DNA from: Eledone cirrhosa
Taxonomy: Eukaryota
Length of the DNA stretch: 64,000 nucleotides
Assembly (NCBI GenBank): GCA_964016885.1
Contig: OZ024743.1
Location: 283,278,001 to 283,342,000, forward strand
Reading direction: 5' to 3'
The position numbers and the translations under genes were made by a program. Shown piece after piece: positions 51,330-64,000 of this stretch. Position 1 is the stretch's first letter. Every line of letters begins with the position of its first letter. The notes under the pieces were generated by a model. That model saw nothing but the letters and a program-made list of their open reading frames with translations, had not been told where the DNA came from and did not search any database.

Positions 51330-54300
51330 TATTAATTTAAAATATTAACAAATTAGATATTCTTGTGATCAAGTATATTTTATTATATTATACACATTTC
51401 AGAGGTACTGAGTTAACTTCAACAGTACGTCCTCATCAGATAAAATAAGATGATGCATGACATACCCTGACATGATGCCTGACATACCCTGAATCTTAAC
51501 CATCTATGGTTAAGATTCAGTCATGGTAATGAGTAATAAATGACAAAACTCAATATTTATATACCTTAATATTGACATGAGAAAAATATATAATACACAC
51601 AATAGAGAGGGTGCGTGTGAGACAGCTTAAAAAATACTTGGCATCAATATAACTGTTAAGTAATTTAAATTACTGAAGAAAGAGGAAAGAAAAGAAAAGC
51701 ATAGAGGAAGAGACAGAGGAGGGGATACTATAGTTAGTAGGGGCCTAGAAAAGCAAAAGTTAGTTGATTACAGAGAGAGAGATAAAGAGGAATAACTTAT
51801 GTTCAAGTCTTTAGACAATTATCCATATATACAATATATATCTAAACATATCTGGTTGACCGTTAATATTCAAAATATTTAATTTAAGTTAGTTCAGAGT
51901 AATGAATAATATTTTAGGTTTTAAAAGTTAATAGGTATCTGTATTAATATTAAAGTATACTATCAAAATTTAATTTCTAAAATCAAATTTTATGAAATCA
52001 AATTTAAAGGATTTACAAACACGAGAAGGAAAACATAATGTTTTTACAACCTCACGAAGGTAAACTTTACCAAATTTATCATATAATATTGACAACAGTT
52101 TATATAATATAATTTAGAAATAATTACCGTTATAATTTTTAAAGAATTTTTGATTAACAATTTGAGTGCCTAAAGGATCAACAGGCCTTATAGTTAAACT
52201 TAAAAATGTCTGAATTTTAAATTAGATATATGTGTTTATAAAAAAAAAATACAAAAAAAAATACACAAAGATTATATTGTCTAAAGATTTAAGATGATAC
52301 CTTTCAAATATACATAATATAATACAATATAGTAAATAAGTTACTGAAAATATTGTTTAAAATTAATGTTTTAGATCAATTATTGTAAAAAGATCATTTA
52401 ATAGATATATACTATAAATATATAAGTCAAAACTTCATGAGTCCTAAGGATAAGGACTAGATACAAAATAAAAAGTGAAAAAAGGTGAAAAATAATGAAT
52501 TGTTTGCGAAACATAAAAATGACCAATATTTAAAAAATATATTTTAAAATGCAAGAGGGTTTTATTATATAGTAGACAAAAGATACTTCTAAAATGTCCA
52601 ACGAAGGTGATAGAAAGAGGAGCTAAAGATTTGAATGACCCGGAGGTAATCTAAATTTAATTAAAATAAAATAAAATAAATTAAATTAAATTAAGTAATA
52701 ATCATTATATAATTTCGAACATTAAGGAAATATTTAACACTTATAACAATAGAGAGTCATTTGAATATCTAAATTACTTATAAATGTAACTACGAGCATG
52801 TTATTATACTAGATAAACATATTTGTTCAAATATATAGAGAGAGTATTATAGGTATTAGTGAAACGATATACATATAATAAATAAATAAATAATTACAAT
52901 CATTATTAGTAAAGTTATAATTCTAGTTTTACCTCCAGTTCAGTGGAAAGAGATACCAATATTTGTCGACTAGTATGGTTTGTGATATTTATACCTAAAT
53001 ATATATAAAAAAATATCTGAGTCCCAAAACATACCCAAAATGAGTAAAATATATAAATGCATGAATGATTAACGGTTCAATTATAACCGATAATCTTACA
53101 AGTTATATATCCAAATTATATATTTAAAACAAAGACAAATATATATAAGGATCCGAATCTAAATTATAAATATCTAAAATAATCCAAAGGTGTGCATATT
53201 CATCAAGAGAACAAGTTAACAAATAATGTTTATATACCTAAATAGGATCCTTCATTCTAACATTAATTCTATCATAAATGATTAGAAAATAAAGTATTAT
53301 TAAAGTTTTATAAGCTGTTATAACGTTTTAGGTACAACAGTTGATAAGAGACGTCAAAAATGAAAACCTGTTTGTTTAATGTTTTTTCCTGACTTTTTGC
53401 GAGGCTTGGAATGTAGACAAAGCTTTATGAAGGCAGTTTGAGAATAATTAACTTTTTTTGTTAATTAAGTTTTCATAATTATTAATTATTAATAGGGTCT
53501 CCTTAGTACAGAGGTTGTAGTTAGTTGATATAGACGAATTCGAATAGATTCTACTATTACAAAGCTTCGTCCAAAAAATCGAGTATTTAAAATGTTTGTC
53601 TTTTAATGGCCTTATAAGTTGTGATAAAGAAGTCGAAGACTTCCTATTAGGATTCGAAAACGAGCATTTGTGATTAGCAAATCTCGATTTAAATGTCGAA
53701 GAAGTTGCCCCTATGTAGTTGTATGTGATGTTATTTGCTTTTACGATGCATTTATACACCAAATTTCTATCCAGACAATTATTTTGCAGAGGGCAATCTG
53801 GTTTATTTCTACAATTACATTCCGATTTGTTATTATTTATATTAGCACTATTATTAACACTATTATGCTGATTTTGGTTTAGAATTCTACTATTTAGTTT
53901 AGCGATGTTTTGGGCCATATTCATAGTTGTAGAATAAGAAAGCTTAATTGTGTGTCTATTAAATATGGAACGGTATTTATGTTGACTAGGGAAGGAATTA
54001 TCTAAAGCCTTAAAGAATAGATTAGCTAGTGGTATTTTTACTGCTACAGAAGCAGGGGTATGGGGGCAAACCATATAACTCATTTAGTTCTGTTTTTTTC
54101 CCCTGATTTATTAACAGTACAGGTGTTTGAATTATAATTTTTAGAATTTCGTTTATACATGCCAGTCATATTATTATTTTTATCAGGATTAAGATTCGAA
54201 TTATTATTGTCTATATATTCTATATTATTTTTATAACCTGCCTTTCTTAGCGCATCATTGTAATATCCTGCTTTTTCATCAAATATTGATTTATTCGCAG

Positions 54301-55170
54301 ATATTCTAGTTATGCGTTTCTGTACACTATTGACAATAGCATTTTTCACATTTCAACTAACGTAATTTAAGTTTTCATTGGGCTTATGGAAAGGGTAATA
54401 AAAACCAGAGTTTAAGTTAAGGGTAACATCAAGGAAATTAACTATTTTGGTACCACTTTCAACCTCTAAAGAATTCAATTATATTTTTCTTAACCCTATT
54501 TAGTTCTGTATTGCTGTGTTTGACAACCGTAAATAAAATATCGTCCCTATATATACCACCGGTAATCTCCGGCAGTTTTCTATTTACCATATTTAAGATG
54601 AAAATCGCCAGAAGATCCGTGACTTGCGCTGAGTCCGATGATCCCATGGTAATGTCAAAGTTTCTATTTCTATCTGAGTGGGTCCAATACTCATTGTTGA
54701 AATTAATTAGAGTTCTTCTAGCAGTTAGTATGATATCGATTTCATCCGTAGTTAGATCTGTATGTTTGTAAGCGTAGGATAAAGCTTTATTTGGTAGGTT
54801 AGGCGTAATGGAAGAGTAATAGCTTGTCATTTGGATGAATTTATGGTTTTTCTTATCATCTATATTTTTATACCAATCAATCACTTCATTGGTGTCTTCC
54901 ACAAGCTCAATTTAGACCTCAATTTCAAAATAGGTAGAATTCTATCAATAATATTCTTACTGATTACTCCAATATCCGATTTAGATGGAGCAATCAGTCT
55001 AACTGGCAGGTCTTCCTCAAAGTTTCTTTTGTGATCTTTAAAATTAATCCTCGGCTGTCTAGGTATAAGAGGCTCGGTTCTTCCTTCAATTCCTAATTTT
55101 GCAATTAATTTATATGCATCATTATTGATGTCTGTAAGATCTTCGGCCGGGGCTTTTTTGGAGATATCAA
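51330..55170 (-). mobile_element. Naiad-type PLE, 5'-truncated: RT, GIY-YIG, about 2-kb AT-rich 3' region and pLTR
   Basis: FKDHKRNF..PVRLIAPSKSDIG, ITMGSSDSAQ, GGIYRDD, ECNCRNKPDCPL..LVYKC..YIGATSSTFKSRFANH..NKKS*LFSNCLH; stops and frameshifts. Confidence 0.88.
51386..51443 (-). ncRNA. Type I hammerhead ribozyme with extended stem II (PLE pLTR)
   Basis: Minus strand CTGATGA-GGA-CGTACTG..CAGTAC-C-TCT-GAAA-TGTG-TA; TGTG is probably decayed CGCG; stem I imperfect. Confidence 0.6.
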
Positions 55171-55264
55171 TAATAATAATAAATTTTACAGACATCAATA
55201 ATGATGTATATAAATTAATTGTAAAATTAGAAATTGAAGGAAGAACCGAGCCTCTTATACCTTT

Positions 55265-56460
55265 ATATTGTGAAGAATTTAGTGTAAAAGTTGGTGTTCA
55301 TCAAGGCTCTGTCCTTAGCCCCCTCCTATTTATTATTGCCCTTCAGGCTATAACAGAGAGTTCAAGACCGGCTTCCCATGGGAACTCCTATACGCAGATG
55401 ATCCATGGAAGCATGGCCTAGAATCAAAAGACCTTAAAGTTAACTTGTGTAAGACTAAAGTTCTAGTTTGTAGAAAGGAAAATTGCCCTCAGGGAAATGG
55501 CCATGCTCAGTGTGTAGGAAAGGAGTAGGCAGAAATTCCATTTTATGTCCCAAATGCAAAGTATGGGTACATAAAAGATGTAGTGGGATCACAGGTAAAC
55601 TATCTAAGAATGTAGACTTTATATGTGGCCAATGCTCAGGTGCAATAAGTAGCAAGTGTCCACAGGATACTAGCTCATTCTATTGCCCAGATAATTCTAT
55701 AGAAATAGTAGACACTTTCCGTTACCTGGGTGACGAAATCAGCAGTGGTGGAGGGTGTTCTGAAAGTACAGTAGCCAGAGTCAGAACGGGATGGAAAAAG
55801 TTCAGAGAGCTTATACCGTTGTTGGCCACAAAAGGTTTTTCTCTAAAAATGAAAGGCAGATTGTATGATGCCTGTATATGAACAGCAATGCTACATAGCA
55901 GTGAGACATGGGCATTACGTGCAGAGGACCTGCGCAGACTGGAAAGGAATGAAGCATGCACGTGATGTACATGAAAGACGACAGCTGCATAAAAAAGTGC
56001 AGGGCGATCAAAATTGATGGTAGTTACGGAGTAGGTGGACCCAGAAAAACCTGGGACGATCTGATAAATTCCGACCTTACACACTTGCACCTCTCTAAGA
56101 CAATGTCACTGGACCGAGATCTTTGGCGCTACGCAGTAATACAGAAGATCCGCCTTGCCTATGTACAAAGCAAAACCTACAGTCAGTAGGCACCTCTCAA
56201 TCAAATATACACCCCAATCCACTACCCCTACCCTATCCTTCCACTCCCACCAACACCACCCTCTCTCTCTGTAAAGTTGGTACCACAACATCCAGTCCAA
56301 ATAAATGAGATAATTGAGATCGAAATCGTGTAGGTGTCACAACAAAAAAACACACAGTCCACGGTGTAATGTGGCCATGTAGGTAACACTGTAAAAAGTT
56401 CCCAGTTCCACACTGTAAATGTGGTTGGTGTTAGGAAGGGCATCTAGCCATAGAAAACTT
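55265..56460 (+). mobile_element. RTE subfamily B, deleted and degenerate copy
   Basis: GVHQGSVLSPLLF, PHD finger (55483-55881 ORF), 3'UTR. Confidence 0.9.
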
Positions 56461-56526
56461 GCTAAGCATTTGTTCATTACTCTAATGATACTGCCAATTC
56501 ACCAGCTTAACCTTTATATGTAATAA

Positions 56527-56935
56527 TTGTTTCTACTTTTGGCACAAAACCAGCAATTATATCAGTGCATTACTGGTACTTTATTTTATCGACCTCGTAA
56601 GGATAGAAGACAAAGTTAACCTCAGCAGGATTTGAACTCAGATCATAAAGGCCGTAATTCTATGCTGCAAAGCATGGCATCCGACCCTCTACTGATACTG
56701 CCAATCCACCATGTAATAGTGGTTTTTTATATCAGCACAAGGCCAGCAATTTTGGGGCAGGGGGCAGACGATTAAACCGACCCCAGTGTGTGACTGGTAC
56801 TTTATTTTATTAACCCCGTAAAGATGAAAGGCAAAGTTAACCCCGGCAGGATTTTAACTCAGATCATAAAGGGCCGTAACTCTATGCTGCAAAGCATGGC
56901 GTCCAACCCTCTACCGATACTGCCAATCCACCATG
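56527..56935 (-). mobile_element. Two tandem SINE S1 copies
   Basis: CTGGTACTTTATTTTAT..AAAGTTAAC..GGATTT(G/T)AACTCAGATCATAAAGG occurs twice. Confidence 0.8.
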
Positions 56936-57467
56936 TAATAATGATTTCTATTATATGTAATAATGATTTCTTACAGAGGGTGACATACAGCACTGTTTCA
57001 TTATCAGTGTTACAGAGCACCAGTACTTAGAACCTATAGTTAGAAACTGGGATGTATAGGAATCTGGTTACACCTTGTTTTATACGACACCTCAAATTCA
57101 GGGAATGGTTATATTTAATTATATCAAATCCAGTAGTTGAATAATAATTTTATTTTAACAACCATGGAAAAATGAAAACAAAGCTAACCTCAACAAGATT
57201 AAAGGGCCATAACTAAATACTGCAAGGCATATTAATCAACATTCTAATATTTCTGGCAATCCACCTTACTTTAATTATATAAATGTATTTAATAACCATG
57301 AGTGGGCAAAAGAATTTGGATTTATTACTTGATGTAGAAAAGATAGCTTTCTTGTTTTTGTTCATTATATCAATGTGGTTGCCAGTAAGTAGGATGGGAT
57401 GGGGAGAGATTAGTAAAGCAGCTGAATAATATGCAACCCCAGATAAACATAAAGTTAGCAGTAATGG

Positions 57468-57606
57468 TACCAGGGCCAGCAAATTTCGGGCCAGTACTTG
57501 ATTGCTACTTTATTTATCAACCATGGAAGGATGAACAGCAAAGTTGACCATGGCAGGATTTGAACTCAAAATATAAAGAGCCAGAACAAATTCTGCAATG
57601 GCATTT
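57468..57606 (-). mobile_element. SINE S1
   Basis: GGATGAACAGCAAAGTTGACC..GGATTTGAACTCA. Confidence 0.6.
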
Positions 57607-57888
57607 TATGAAAAGACTACAAACATGTGATACTTGATTTTTAAAGAGATAATAACCCAATTGCTAACTAAACTAGGTGTAGGGTTAGATCTGAATAAAA
57701 TATATGCCTACACTGCTGACAATGAAAATTAAAATCTATGAAAAGCAATAAAATCTTTATCAAAAACTGAAAAAATGATTGAAAAAAAAATATTCCTGTG
57801 CATTATCTAGACCAAAATTTGCAATTGGAAAACTTGATGTTGAAAATATACTCAAAATATACATCCATTGCAGCATCTCAATAGTTAA

Positions 57889-58109
57889 CCATTTAGTATT
57901 TAAACTGGCCATATCTGGCCAGAATTCTCTCACCTCTTTCTGTTCAAACCAGTTGTAACCGGCCACTCATACCAGCATTGAGGTATTGTTCTCAAAAGAA
58001 ATAATATCAAAATCTCGTAGATTCGATATTATGTGAGACAATTATGTGAGATAAAGTCTTTTCTGTAAAAATAAAATAGAAAATATAGAGTAATGTGAAT
58101 GGTAAAGGA
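57889..58109 (+). mobile_element. MITE M1
   Basis: TTAA at 57885-57888 and 58110-58113; body matches 31816-32036. Confidence 0.78.
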
Positions 58110-58478
58110 TTAAAGAACTTTTGAGATTTGTGCGAGTTGATAATTTGATAATTGTAATCTGTTCAACAATATAGTGACTAGATGGCTCTCACTTTTATTT
58201 TCTTATTGTCTAAATACTTAAATGCTGGGAAGTTCTAAAAAGTTATTTTCATAGTCTAGGTAAGTAGGAATGTTTCAAGGCACCATGGAAGTGCTTTGGA
58301 GATGAAAGAAATACCTATAAATTATTAGAAATCTATTTCTTCTTTCTCAGTCACACTCATAAATTATTCTCATGTTATTGGAACACTAGTAACCAAGACA
58401 TTTAACATAATTTGAGTATTTAAGCTAATAGCTGGATAAAAGTAAAGTTGAGAGGAATGCACAGAACTGTTTCTTTAA

Positions 58479-58686
58479 CCCTTTAGCATTTAAACTGGCT
58501 GTATCCAGCCAGAATTTTCTCACCTCTTTCCGTTCAAACCAGCCATAACTGACCACTCTTACTCATATTAAGGTATTGTTCTCAAAATAAATAATATCAA
58601 AATCTCATAGATTCGATATTATGTGAGATAAAGCCTTTATTGTGAAAATATAGTAGTATATATAGAGTAATGTAAATTCTAAAGGG
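58479..58686 (+). mobile_element. MITE M1, best-preserved copy (208 bp)
   Basis: TTAA|CCCTTTAGCATTTA...TAAATTCTAAAGGG|TTAA. Confidence 0.88.
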
Positions 58687-58904
58687 TTAAAAGTGTTTAT
58701 CATTTTTTCAATTTGCAAGGAATATCGTATTTTCTGCCATGTTTACACACCTACATATTAGATATGTGTATATTTATATACACATTGGTGCAGTCTCAGA
58801 TTCTCACTCTGTATTCATATGATATAACTTTATCGTACACTTTGGATGCTGGCATACTTCTTAATATATATAAATATATATATATAAAGTCTAAAGTCTG
58901 TCTT

Positions 58905-59170
58905 AAGCCAGAAGGCTCATTTCGCCGGTGCTTATTCCAGTTTCATGGCGTGAAGCGACTGAGAGTACAAGACTCCATCCTGGACAGGATGCCCAGTCCA
59001 TCGCAGGGTTAAACCCCCAGCTATTGCTGGTACTCATTTTCAGCTTAGTATACTGGAGCAACATGAAATTAAGTGTTTTGCTCAAGAACACAATACACAA
59101 CCCAAGAATCAAACCCACAACATTATGATTGTAAATTCAACACCCTTACCACTAGGCCACATGCCTCCAT
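58905..59170 (-). mobile_element. SINE family S2, full length
   Basis: Reverse complement has A box TGGCCTAGTGG, B-box-like GGTTTGATTC, CORE-like body and CCTGCGATGGACTGG..CCTGTCCAGG tail. Confidence 0.78.
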
Positions 59171-59189
59171 ATATATATATATATATATA

Positions 59190-59545
59190 TCATCATCATC
59201 ATCATCGTTTTATGTCCACTAGCATGGGTTAGACGGGTTGTCCTGTTGTGGGAAGTGCCCGATCGGCTGACCTTGTCTTGCTCATACGGGAACTGATTTT
59301 GGCTTGATTTCTACAGCTGGATGCCCTTCCTAACACCAACCTCATTTACAGAGAGCACTGGATGCTTTTTTTCCGTGGCACCTACACAACTATTTTACAG
59401 TGTGAGCTGGGTGCTCTTTTGTCATGGCACCTCCACAACCACTTTGCAGTGGGAGGGGTGGGGACATATTGTCTATATGCTTCAGCTTCGGCTTGTACCC
59501 GTGGGAAGTCGGGTCGTCTGTATTAATGTGTGACGCCAGAGGTCA
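59190..59545 (-). mobile_element. RTE A-like 3' end
   Basis: Similar to 11060-11410. Confidence 0.82.
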
Positions 59546-59609
59546 TGTATATATATATATATATGTATATATACACACATATATATATACATACACATAT
59601 GTAGTATGT

Positions 59610-60655
59610 GTCATCATCATCATCATCATCAACGTTTAACGTCCGTGTTCCACGCTTGCATGGGTTTGGACGGGGGTAGTCCCACTTGAGGCAAGAGTGA
59701 TTGTCTTGCTCGCATAGGACTGTCTGGCAGGTTTTCTACAGTTGGATGCCCTTCCTAACACCAACCACATTTACAGTGTGGGTCTGGGAGGTTTTTACCG
59801 TGTTGCCTACACGGCCACATTACAGCGTGGACTGTGTGTTTTTTTGTCGTGACACCTACACGATCTCATTTGTTTCGGCCTGGATGGCACGGCACCAACA
59901 TAACTTTACATAGAACGGGGTGGTGTGGATGGGGTGGGGGTGGGGGTGGTGGGACGGGGTGTATTTTGTTAGAGATGCCTACTGGCTGGAGTAGGTTTTA
60001 CTATATATTTAGGTAAGGCGGGTCTTCTCTGTTACTGAGTACCGCCAAAGGTCTCGGTCCAGTGACATTGTCTTGGAGAGGTGTAAGTGTGTGAGGTCGG
60101 AGTTTATCAGCTCGTCCCAGGTTTTTCTAGGTCTGCCTATTCCGTGGCTACCGTCTATCTTTATTGCCCTGCACTTTATTATACAGCTATCGACTTTCAT
60201 GCGCATCACGTGTCCATACCAACGTAGCCTTCTCTCGAGTAAACAACATCTGATCCCTCTTATTTCTAATTTTGTCCTTAGTTCGTTTATGTTTTGCCGT
60301 TCACGTATATTACTGTTACACATCCAGCGGAGCATGCAAGCTTCGTTCCTCTCTAGTCTGCGTATATCCTCTGCACACAATGCCCAGGTCTCACTGCCAT
60401 GCAACATTGCTGTTCATATGCAGGCATCGTACAACCTGCCTTTCATTTTTAGGGAGAACCCTTTAGCAGCTAATAGTGGTATAAGCTCTCTGAACTTTTT
60501 CCAACCAGTTCTGACTCTAGCTACAGTACTTTCAGAGCACCCTCCCCCACTGCTGATTTTATCGCCCAGGTAACGGAAGCTGTCCACTATTTCTATAGAA
60601 CCCTCTGCGCAATTGAAAGAGCTAGTATTTTGTGGGCACTTGCTGCTACTTATTG
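59610..60655 (-). mobile_element. RTE subfamily B, 5'-truncated (about 1.05 kb)
   Basis: ORF 60009-60407; shares diagnostic residues (KVDSC, RTKLE, SVTEK) with 46572-48460. Confidence 0.95.
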
Positions 60656-60691
60656 TGTATATATATATATATATGTGTGTGTGTGTATATA

Positions 60692-61292
60692 TAGTCTTAG
60701 TCTTAGATTCTTCCACGCCGTTCGGCACATCGAACAAGAAGTACTCGCCAGCGGTCACGATCAGCGGCAACTTTTTCGAGACTGTGCCAGGTGATGTTGG
60801 CTGCCATCAGGTCCTTCCGGAACGTTCGTCGCCAGGTGATCCTTGGGCAACCTCACCTCCGTTTACCGCCAGGCAGAGTCCAGTTCATCACTGTTTTCGA
60901 ATGCCGTTTATTTGGCAGATGCAGAATATGGCCAGCTAGAGGCACGGACGCTCCTTGACCACTCTCTGTAGCGTCCATGACTCGACTCTCCACAGGATCT
61001 CCTCGTTTCGCACTCAGTCGTGCCAGGACACACGAAGGATCTTTCGCAGGCACCGCTGGTGGAAAGCGTTCAGCCGTCTCTCTATTTTTGCCGTACTCTT
61101 CCAGGTCTCGCTAGCATAAAGCACTGTCGGCGGCACGATGCTCTTGTACAGGCGGAGCTTGGTCTTGGTGCTAATGCATGAAGACGACCAGACTGGGCAC
61201 AGCCGCGAGAAAACTGCGGCTCCTTTGCCGATAGTTGATATCGAGCTCCACGTCGCCGCTGCTTGTCAGGATGCTGCTCAGATAGTTGCAAA
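60692..61292 (-). mobile_element. Third RTE family 3' fragment, CpG-rich, (CTAAGA)n tail
   Basis: Minus-strand translation with frameshift: [80 protein letters not shown]. Confidence 0.85.
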
Positions 61293-61304
61293 TATATATA
61301 TAGT

Positions 61305-61352
<48 letters not shown>

Positions 61353-61436
61353 CCTTCCATATACTGTACCGATTGTGTTGTTATTTCTGTTTACCTTTTA
61401 CATACATATATATATATATATACATATGTATGTATG

Positions 61437-61468
<32 letters not shown>

Positions 61469-63383
61469 TACAGAATGGGGTTGTTCCGAAGAACTGGCGT
61501 AGCAGCATCATCATTAACTGTTATAAGGGTAAAGGAGATGCCCTAGATAGGAGTAACTATAGAGGCATTCAATTAATCGACCAGGTCATGAAGGTCACGG
61601 AAAAAGTAATAGCGCAACTAATCAGAGAGAGAATTGATCTAGATGAAATGCAGTTCGGGTTTGTGTCAGGCAAAAGTACCACAGACACTCTTTTCATTGT
61701 ATGACAACTACGGGAGAAGTACCTAGCTAAAAGTAAACCCCTATACTTAGCTTTTGTAGACTTGGAGAAAGCCTTCGACAGAGTCCCCCGTTCCATTATC
61801 TGGTGGGCTCTTAGAAAACTAGGTGTTGATGAATGGCTTGTGAGAGCTATACAAGCCATGTATAAAGAAACAGTCAGCAAGGTTAGAATTAACAACGAAT
61901 ATAGTGAAGAGTTTAGCGCAAAAGTTGGTGTTCATCAGGGCTCTGTTCTTAGCCCCCTACTATTTATTACTGCCCTTCAGGCTATAACAGTGGAGTTCAA
62001 GACCGGCTGCCCATGGGAACTCCTATACGCAGATGATCTAACGCTCATAGCTGAATCAATGGCTGAGCTAGAGAAGAAATTCCAAACATGGAAGCACGGC
62101 CTAGAATCAAAAGGCCTTAAAATTAACCTGGCTAAGACTAAAGTTCTAGTTTGTAGGAAAGAAAATAAGGCACCGGTCCCTTCCGGGAAATGGCCATGCT
62201 CAGTGTGTAGGAAAGGCGTAGGTAGAAACTCCATTTTATGTCCCAAATGCAAAGTATGGGTGCATAAAAGATGTAGTGGGATCACAGGTAACCTAACTAA
62301 GAACATAGATTTTATATGTGGCCGGTGCTCTGGTGCAATAAGTAGCAGCAAGTGCCCACAAAATACTAGCTCTTTCAATTGCGCAGAGGGTTCTATAGAA
62401 ATAGTGGACAGCTTCCGTTACCTGGGTGACAAAATCAGCAGTGGGGGAGGGTGCTCTGAAAGTACAGTAGCTAGAGTCAGAACTGGATGGAAAAAGTTCA
62501 GAGAGCTTATACCACTATTAGCCGCTAAAGGGTTCTCCCTAAAAATGAAAGGCAGGTTGTATGATGCCTGCATGCGAACAGCAATGTTGCATGGCAGTGA
62601 GACCTGGGCATTGTGTGCAGAGGATATACACAGACTAGAGAGGAACGAAGCTTGCATGCTCCGCTGGATGTGTAATAGTAATATACGTGAACGGCAAAGC
62701 ATAAACGAACTAAGGGAAAAATTAGAAATAAGAGGGATCAGATGTTGTTTACTCAAGAGAAGGCTACGTTGGTATGGTCACGTGATGCGCATGAAAGACG
62801 ACAGCTGTATAAAAAAGTGCAGGGCAATAAAGATAGACGGTAGCCACGGAGTAGGCAGACCCAGAAAAACCTGGGACGACCTGATAAATTCCGACCTCAC
62901 ACACTTACACCTCTCCAAGACAATGTCACTGGACTGAGATCTTTGGCGGTACTCAGTAATAGAGAAGACCCGCCTTACCTAAATACAAAGTAAAACCTAC
63001 TACAGTCAGTAGGCATCTCTAACAAAATACAGCCCCGTCCCACCACCCCCAACCCATCCACACCGCCCCTTTCAATGTAAAGTTATGTTGGTGCCACAAC
63101 ATCCAGGCCGAAACAAATGAGATCGTGTAGGTGTCACGACAAAAAAAACACACAGTCCACGCTGTAATGTGGCCGTGTAGGCAACACGGTAAAAACCTCC
63201 CAGTCCCACACTGTAAATGTGGTTGGTGTTAGGAAGGGCATCCAGCTGTAGAAAACCCGCCAGACAGTCCTATGCGAGCAAGACAACCAATCTTGCCTCA
63301 AGTTGGAAAACTCCCGTCCAAACCCATGCAAGCGTGGAACATGGACGTTAAACGATGATGATGATGATGATGATGATGATGAT
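61469..63383 (+). mobile_element. RTE subfamily B, 5'-truncated, two CGA>TGA stops (61702, 62935)
   Basis: ORF 61762-62937 with YADD and the PHD finger; 3'UTR; (GAT)n tail. Confidence 0.96.
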
Positions 63384-63818
63384 ATATATATATATATATA
63401 TTTGCTTTGCAATGAGCAACAGGCTTAGCCAGCTTAACCCAGATGCAATGCATCTAAAAAATGAAAAATGGGCTTCATTGCTTTCTATGAGTAAGTTATA
63501 AAATACTTAAGTGACAGGTATGGCTTCTCTGAAAAAGAGCTTTCATGTAATAAATCCTTGAAACCTAACAAAAGCCACACCTTTTGGAGACTTCAAAATA
63601 TTTATACGAGTCAAATATATGAACAGTATGTGATTGTTGAGGCTTACTTTCAGATAATTTATAGCAGTGAAGAACTTATCTCAAGCTATTCAGTAAATCA
63701 GAAGTCTCTTTTACAAACATGATGTTCAGATAATTTTCAAAATAATCAAGAATTTGGAGAGGTTTTGTAATATAACCAACTTACCCATTATTAAAGTGAT
63801 GTTTAGAGCATAATTTAA

Positions 63819-64000
63819 CCCTTTACCATTTACATTACTCTATATTTATTATAGTATTTTCACAGTAAAGGCTTTATCTCCCATAATATCAACTCTATGA
63901 GATTTTCATGTTATTTATTTTGAGAATAATACCTTATCATTGGTATGAGTGGCCAGTTAAGCCCGGTTTAAACAGAAAGAGGTGAGAGAATTATGGTGTG
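63819..64000 (-). mobile_element. MITE M1 running to the window edge
   Basis: TTAA|CCCTTTACCATTTACATTACTCT...AGAAAGAGGTGAGAGAATT. Confidence 0.75.

Noticed and set aside
42871-59170. tRNA genes at A/B-box motifs
   Set aside because: They are SINE heads followed by CORE-like bodies; no complete cloverleaf seen

Overview
AT-rich eukaryotic (animal) DNA with no recognisable host protein-coding exon. The SINE families and dense (TA)n/(GAT)n/(CA)n microsatellites suggest a coleoid cephalopod such as Octopus (inference). The window is a retroelement graveyard with some very young insertions. It holds many 5'-truncated RTE-clade LINE copies of two sister subfamilies (A and B) whose RT carries a C4HC3 PHD-type zinc finger between RT motifs 6 and 7. 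It also holds other RTE, Tx1/L1, CR1-like and R4/Dong-like relics, and four Penelope-like element (PLE) remnants, three of them Naiad-type with GIY-YIG. About 8 type I hammerhead ribozyme motifs lie in PLE pseudo-LTRs and short dispersed repeats. Also present are tRNA-derived SINEs (one sharing the RTE 3' tail), two TTAA-flanked piggyBac-type MITE families, a minisatellite with higher-order structure and many fold-back palindromes. Boundaries were read by eye and are approximate (about +/-10-30 bp) unless motif coordinates are given. Most short ORFs in the track are microsatellite or antisense-to-LINE artefacts.
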